Of a stretch of DNA of 64,000 nucleotides, positions 60,601 through 64,000 are shown piece after piece. Origin of the DNA: Gracilinanus agilis (Eukaryota). Location of the stretch: assembly GCF_016433145.1 (NCBI RefSeq), contig NC_058131.1, positions 648,134,729 to 648,198,728 on the forward strand, written 5' to 3'. A program made the position numbers and the translations under genes. The notes under the pieces are model-generated. The model did not search any database. It was not told the DNA's origin and saw only the letters and a list, made by a program, of their open reading frames with translations. Positions within the stretch are counted from its first letter, which is position 1. Each line of letters begins with the position of its first letter.

Positions 60601-63351
60601 GGTAAAATCAACAGGAAAGTAACAGGATGTCACTTCAAACAGTTCCTCAACAAAGGGCCCTAAGGGGACATATGCAGAAGATAGGCTGGTTTACAATCTT
60701 CTTTTTCCTTAAGTTTCCACCTGACCAAGAACTTTAGGCCTTACCCAAGCTGTAGTCCTTGGAGATGAGGTCATAGACAATTCGGAAGGCCACCAGAAGG
60801 TTTCGAGGATCCTTCTCTCCATCCATTACCTGGATGAAGCCAAAGGTAAAATCGGCTCCCAGGCCCTTCAGCTCTAGGGAGGGAATGAGCAAAGCCAACA
60901 TTATTTCCTATGAAACACTAGATTATGGGCTTCCATATGTTGTATGTTCATTTTGGTTATCTTTGCCTCCCAGTGTTTCTATCTCAAAGATCTAATGCTA
61001 ATGAATGATGTAGGAGTCTAATACATGTGCATGACAGTTATGCAGATGTCAACACCAATAAACCCGCCTTTTTACTGCAGCAAAGTGGCTCCTACAAATC
61101 TGTTAAGTCCTCTAAGAGAGCCCGGCCTTTCTTGTTTGGACCTTGATTTTCATATCGCCTACTTCTGAGTATTATATCTTCTTGCTTGGTCTCATAAGAG
61201 CAGGCAGGATTAGGTAAAATGGGGCACTAAGCAAAGGAAAGAGTTAGATGTGCCAGCTGCCTCCCTGCCTGCCCAAGCAGTGCTTCCACTCACCTTCTTC
61301 TCGAGTACGCATGAAATTGGTGATGATGCTGTAGACAGTGTGGCGATCCATCTGTGTCAGAGACTGGGGGTAGAGAGGTGGGCAATGGGGAACAGGGAAG
61401 TGAATTAGTGATGAGATCAACCCCAAAGCCTCCAATAGACCTCACTTTATCACCCAGACTGCTCTCGTGTCAGCTTCAGTGAAAGGAGCAGTGGCCCCTC
61501 TCTTCACTTGGCCTCAACCTGCCTTTTAGGCACAAACGGGCAACAGTCACTCCACTAGAGAGAAACATATGGGTGCATATATGCTTTTAAGCAAGCACGG
61601 AATGCCTGTGTACAATGATTTCAGAGCTAAAAATTTAATAGCTAGCATTTACACAGCATTTTAAGGTTTACAAAGCACTGTTATATTTTGTCTAATTTTA
61701 ACAAGTCTGTGAAAGGGGTGCTATTATCATCATGCCCTCATTTTACAGATGAAGAAACTGAGACTGACAAAGGTTCAATGACTTGCCCTAGAAGTGGCAT
61801 CTGAACTTGGGTTTTCCTGACTCCAGGCTGAGCACTCTCTCCCCTGGGCCATCAAGTTGTTCTACTAGCCTAGGACATTCTGGCACAGACTAGGCCACAA
61901 AAGCATGCATATATGCTTTTGGCCATCTGATCTGTTTTAATCTTGGTTCCTTAGAGGCCTCTGGGCATGGCTGGGGGAGAGGAAAGAAGCAGACAAGAAG
62001 GTGCTGGGCACTCACCTGGACATGTACCTCCTGGAAGATGGCTTTGAGCACAGAAACAGCCAGGCCTGGAGGGAGCACGTCACACATACTCTACAGGGAA
62101 GAGAACAAGTGCTTCCACCTCAGACACTCCTCACTCTTGTCCCCAGGGCAAGAGTTTTGGGACAAAGCCCCATCAGCAAGAGTGGCCTGTGCTTTGTGCT
62201 GATCCAGCATGCAAACAGAGTTGGGGAAATCAGCCCTGACCTTGGTCAGTGTCTTCAGACCAGACCATAGTGCTTGCAGCTGTTTTCAGCCTAGCTCTAA
62301 CCTCCACATCCCTCTCTAGCTCCGCAGCCAAGGAGGGCACTCACCAGTGCTCGAAGTCCCTGCAGTACTGGCGGGATCACCAGGTGATGGTCTTTGAGTT
62401 GGTTCTCATAGAAAAGGGTCAGGTGTACCACTGCACAAAGCAAAGCCAGCATGACTGGGCACCCACCCAAGGGGCACAGCCAGTCCCTGCCTCCCATTAA
62501 AGTCTCATTGCTCTTTTATTCTGCCTTAAGAAATGCTTCTCCTTATGTGGCCACCCTCCATCCCATTACTGTGACTTTGTTGGGGGTGGAGGGGGGTGGG
62601 GAAGAGGAATGGCCAGAGACAATTCCCTTCTCTCATTTCTCCAACAGTTCTCTCCCATTTGGAGACATAGCTCAAAGGGTTCTTTCCTAGAGAACAAAAC
62701 TATGGAGATTGTTTTCTTTCTAAAGATTTCAAAGCACTTAGACACTTCCTTAATCTTTTCTATTTCCCAGAGATAACAAACTGCTATGCTTCCTGTTTCA
62801 CAGAGGAGGGACTTGAAATATGGGAAGTGGTCTAGGATAATGGGAAAGAATGTTAAAGGTCACTTTCCAACCTACTCATTTTATAGATGAAGAAACTAGA
62901 GCTCAGAGGCTGGGTTATTTGCTCAAGGTTGTACAGGTAATAAAGGTGGCAAAACCTGGATCTAGAGCCCTCTTGACTCCAGATCCAGCATCCTTTCCAA
63001 TTCTCCAGGGTGCCTTCCTCTCCCAAGGCTACATAGAGATTCACAAGAACAGTTATAATTGGAATCCATATGTTCAGATACTCAATTCAGATATCTCTGC
63101 CAAGTGTACCATGTAGTGAGGAACAGAGGCTATGAGTCAACAGTCATACCCTTCTGGGATACCCCAGCTCCTATAAGGATGGCTGGCTAAAGCAAAGCTT
63201 GAGAGCCCTGACTGAACACAGGAAGAAGCCCACATTCATGAGAGCAATACCTTCCTTTTCTAGGAGCAAGGGATGACACTGAAGTAGCACCTGGGACAGT
63301 AGCTGGATCCCTCGTCCACGAGTCCGGGGCTCTGGATTTTCCAGGCAGGAC
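51582..63351 (-). CDS. MMS19: MMS19 cytosolic Fe-S assembly component, 5'-partial CDS (29 exons, 974 aa in window)
   Basis: 29 GT-AG-bounded exons with continuous phase, total 2926 nt; HEAT-repeat-like Leu-rich sequence; ends DDKKRLVRREAVTARGAWFLLGSPGS; N-terminal exons lie beyond 64000; exon numbers below follow the recalled 31-exon mammalian model. Confidence 0.97.
51687..51787 (-). CDS. MMS19: MMS19 exon 30
   Basis: LLPYKMQVIRALAKPLDDKKRLVRREAVTARGA. Confidence 0.96.
52090..52149 (-). CDS. MMS19: MMS19 exon 29
   Basis: AVRIAALQCVHALTRLPTPV. Confidence 0.96.
52233..52397 (-). CDS. MMS19: MMS19 exon 28
   Basis: LLSLLLEALSCTDCVVQLSTLSCLQPLLLDAPQVMSLHINTLVTKFLNLSCSPSM. Confidence 0.96.
52482..52564 (-). 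CDS. MMS19: MMS19 exon 27
   Basis: VKPNYLKGLSHVLNSLPKPVLLPELPT. Confidence 0.96.
52663..52849 (-). CDS. MMS19: MMS19 exon 26
   Basis: LMGLLNDAELGPAAADGFSLLMADCPDVL...FRQRFFTDSVPALVQGFHAAHQ. Confidence 0.96.
52932..52988 (-). CDS. MMS19: MMS19 exon 25
   Basis: VTKALVLRYHPLSSCLTDR. Confidence 0.95.
53102..53202 (-). CDS. MMS19: MMS19 exon 24
   Basis: QQLDEFLQKAMEKVEAGLSPGSHRTQAFTLLLW. Confidence 0.94.
53408..53630 (+). mobile_element. Old hAT-Charlie MITE
   Basis: GGAGTCTTAACCTGG...AAAAAGGTTAATAATCT, homologous to 6553-6962. Confidence 0.55.
53752..53878 (-). CDS. MMS19: MMS19 exon 23
   Basis: VEIPQLDRLMQELLTLSCHHDVLFSCTAAAKCFAGLLNKHPA. Confidence 0.95.
54096..54164 (-). CDS. MMS19: MMS19 exon 22
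   Basis: NSSSEQKRLVALLMAFVCSLPRN. Confidence 0.94.
54307..54409 (-). CDS. MMS19: MMS19 exon 21
   Basis: LAAQSVALIVPLFLDGNISFLSENSFPSKFLPFQ. Confidence 0.94.
54670..54769 (-). CDS. MMS19: MMS19 exon 20
   Basis: KDVPNLGKLLLEEDVLAAMVSVISTASTHLSP. Confidence 0.92.
55626..55778 (-). CDS. MMS19: MMS19 exon 19
   Basis: DKADSSEVIAVCRSLHLVAGQCQQEPESCWYFHQTAVPCLLALAVQAAMP. Confidence 0.94.
55886..56035 (-). CDS. MMS19: MMS19 exon 18
   Basis: DLQWAGGEGPSRRARRLRCLQALSAVSTHPSIVRETLPVLLQHLRHAHR. Confidence 0.92.
56198..56295 (-). CDS. MMS19: MMS19 exon 17
   Basis: LAAMEASGTLATLYPTVFISHLVPRLAEELRT. Confidence 0.93.
56768..56849 (-). CDS. MMS19: MMS19 exon 16
   Basis: LLSSEDLEVAIDHLYRLSFLEEDSQS. Confidence 0.94.
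57014..57139 (-). CDS. MMS19: MMS19 exon 15
   Basis: EIPLSGFKAPLCSLISLALADPSTQLQLVGIRALTVLGGQP. Confidence 0.94.
57382..57460 (-). CDS. MMS19: MMS19 exon 14
   Basis: SSQRRTILEMLLGFLKLQQKWGNEDK. Confidence 0.94.
57572..57726 (-). CDS. MMS19: MMS19 exon 13
   Basis: CRHHLCEPDMKLVWPSAKLLQAASGASARACDRITSTVIPLLLEQFNQHSQ. Confidence 0.96.
57953..58091 (-). CDS. MMS19: MMS19 exon 12
   Basis: VFQTASERVEAEGLAALHSLSACLSRSVLEADAEDLLDSFLSSILE. Confidence 0.95.
58165..58368 (-). mobile_element. SINE1-like element
   Basis: Matches the other copies. Confidence 0.85.
59001..59078 (-). CDS. MMS19: MMS19 exon 11
   Basis: NACCAVYGQKELKDFLPSLWASIRRE. Confidence 0.96.
59407..59481 (-). CDS. MMS19: MMS19 exon 10
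   Basis: FLLPLLIEKVDSEMLSAKLDSLQTL. Confidence 0.96.
59902..59988 (-). CDS. MMS19: MMS19 exon 9
   Basis: PPNDPHGIQREDLILSLRAVLASTPRFAE. Confidence 0.96.
60220..60510 (-). mobile_element. Old L1 3'-end fragment (approximate)
   Basis: T-rich tail and TCCCATCCTCCCTCCCC segment typical of an inverted marsupial L1 3' UTR. Confidence 0.55.
60598..60659 (-). CDS. MMS19: MMS19 exon 8
   Basis: PFVEELFEVTSCYFPVDFTP. Confidence 0.96.
60745..60873 (-). CDS. MMS19: MMS19 exon 7
   Basis: LKGLGADFTFGFIQVMDGEKDPRNLLVAFRIVYDLISKDYSL. Confidence 0.96.
61294..61363 (-). CDS. MMS19: MMS19 exon 6
   Basis: SLTQMDRHTVYSIITNFMRTREE. Confidence 0.95.
62016..62090 (-). CDS. MMS19: MMS19 exon 5
   Basis: SMCDVLPPGLAVSVLKAIFQEVHVQ. 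Confidence 0.95.
62345..62430 (-). CDS. MMS19: MMS19 exon 4
   Basis: VHLTLFYENQLKDHHLVIPPVLQGLRAL. Confidence 0.95.
63251..63351 (-). CDS. MMS19: MMS19 exon 3
   Basis: SCLENPEPRTRGRGIQLLSQVLLQCHPLLLEKE. Confidence 0.95.
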
Positions 63352-63552
63352 CTGGATAGAAGAAAGGAGTAGGAGGAACTTGTCATTTCCCTAGGACTCC
63401 AGTCTGTTCAAGTGCTTGAATGAGTGGCACATGGTTGTATACATTTTCTTTGATGTATGACTAGAGCCTAGCCACATGTGAGGGAAGTTGGTAGAAGAGG
63501 ACACATTTCCCTTGGAGCAGAGGTGCTCTGGGCACTAAAGCAAAAACAGGAT

Positions 63553-63805
63553 TGTGTATAGTTGGAAAATCTTGAACCCCTAAAAACTACATTACCCCAT
63601 ATTCCTTTCTGTATTACCTAGAATGCTTTTCCTTTTGTCTACGTTTGCATGGTCATGTTTTGTATAAGTTCTGAAGTTCTGCCTCCTGCTCTCTTTTTTG
63701 CTCTGGCAAGCGGGCTGAATAGCTAGGTCTCTTACTTTAGTTATTATTAATAAAACTTTAGTAAATATAATACTTAGTTATTGGATATTAATTTAAAAAA
63801 TCACA
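63553..63805 (+). mobile_element. Probable solo ERV LTR fragment in an MMS19 intron
   Basis: TG...CA ends, TATAA box, AATAAA near the 3' end and an AT-rich U5-like end resembling marsupial ERV LTRs; no clear TSD. Confidence 0.5.
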
Positions 63806-64000
63806 ACTGCTAGAGGGATCTGGCATCTTTGTAGGAACAAATGGGATGCTGAATACAGTGTATTTTCCTAGACACACTTGGTTTGGCTCTTAATGTACTT
63901 ATAGAAGCATTTTGCATATCTTAAATCTTTATGTAATAGTGAGATGCTATAATAATAATAAATTCACTAGCGTGGCCTTTCTCATGGTGGATTACCTTAG

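Overview
Vertebrate genomic DNA, most likely a didelphid marsupial (opossum), judged from abundant SINE1_Mdo-like and MAR1-like SINEs plus L1, L2, L3 and hAT repeats. The gene order matches the known mammalian block PGAM1(+), EXOSC1(-), ZDHHC16(+), MMS19(-). I rebuilt the genes by hand from splice sites and frame continuity. PGAM1 has 4 coding exons (765 nt, 254 aa). EXOSC1 has 8 coding exons (588 nt, 195 aa). ZDHHC16 has 10 coding exons (1134 nt, 377 aa) plus a non-coding first exon. MMS19 has 29 exons here (2926 nt); its N-terminal exons lie beyond the window end. Bases 1-18.9 kb are repeat-rich with no recognisable protein gene, and there is a 130-nt assembly gap. Best second-look items: (1) a roughly 18-unit MIR-core-derived tandem array with partial dimer periodicity in PGAM1 intron 1; (2) U12-type introns in both EXOSC1 and ZDHHC16, which share a promoter; (3) two near-identical young hAT transposon copies; (4) an inverted 23-nt duplex with only G-U wobbles in PGAM1 intron 1; (5) a closely spaced head-to-head SINE pair; (6) splice and polyA signals suggesting an unannotated minus-strand transcript diverging from the PGAM1 promoter. 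No searches were run. Family names come from recalled consensus sequences, and coordinates of old repeats are approximate.
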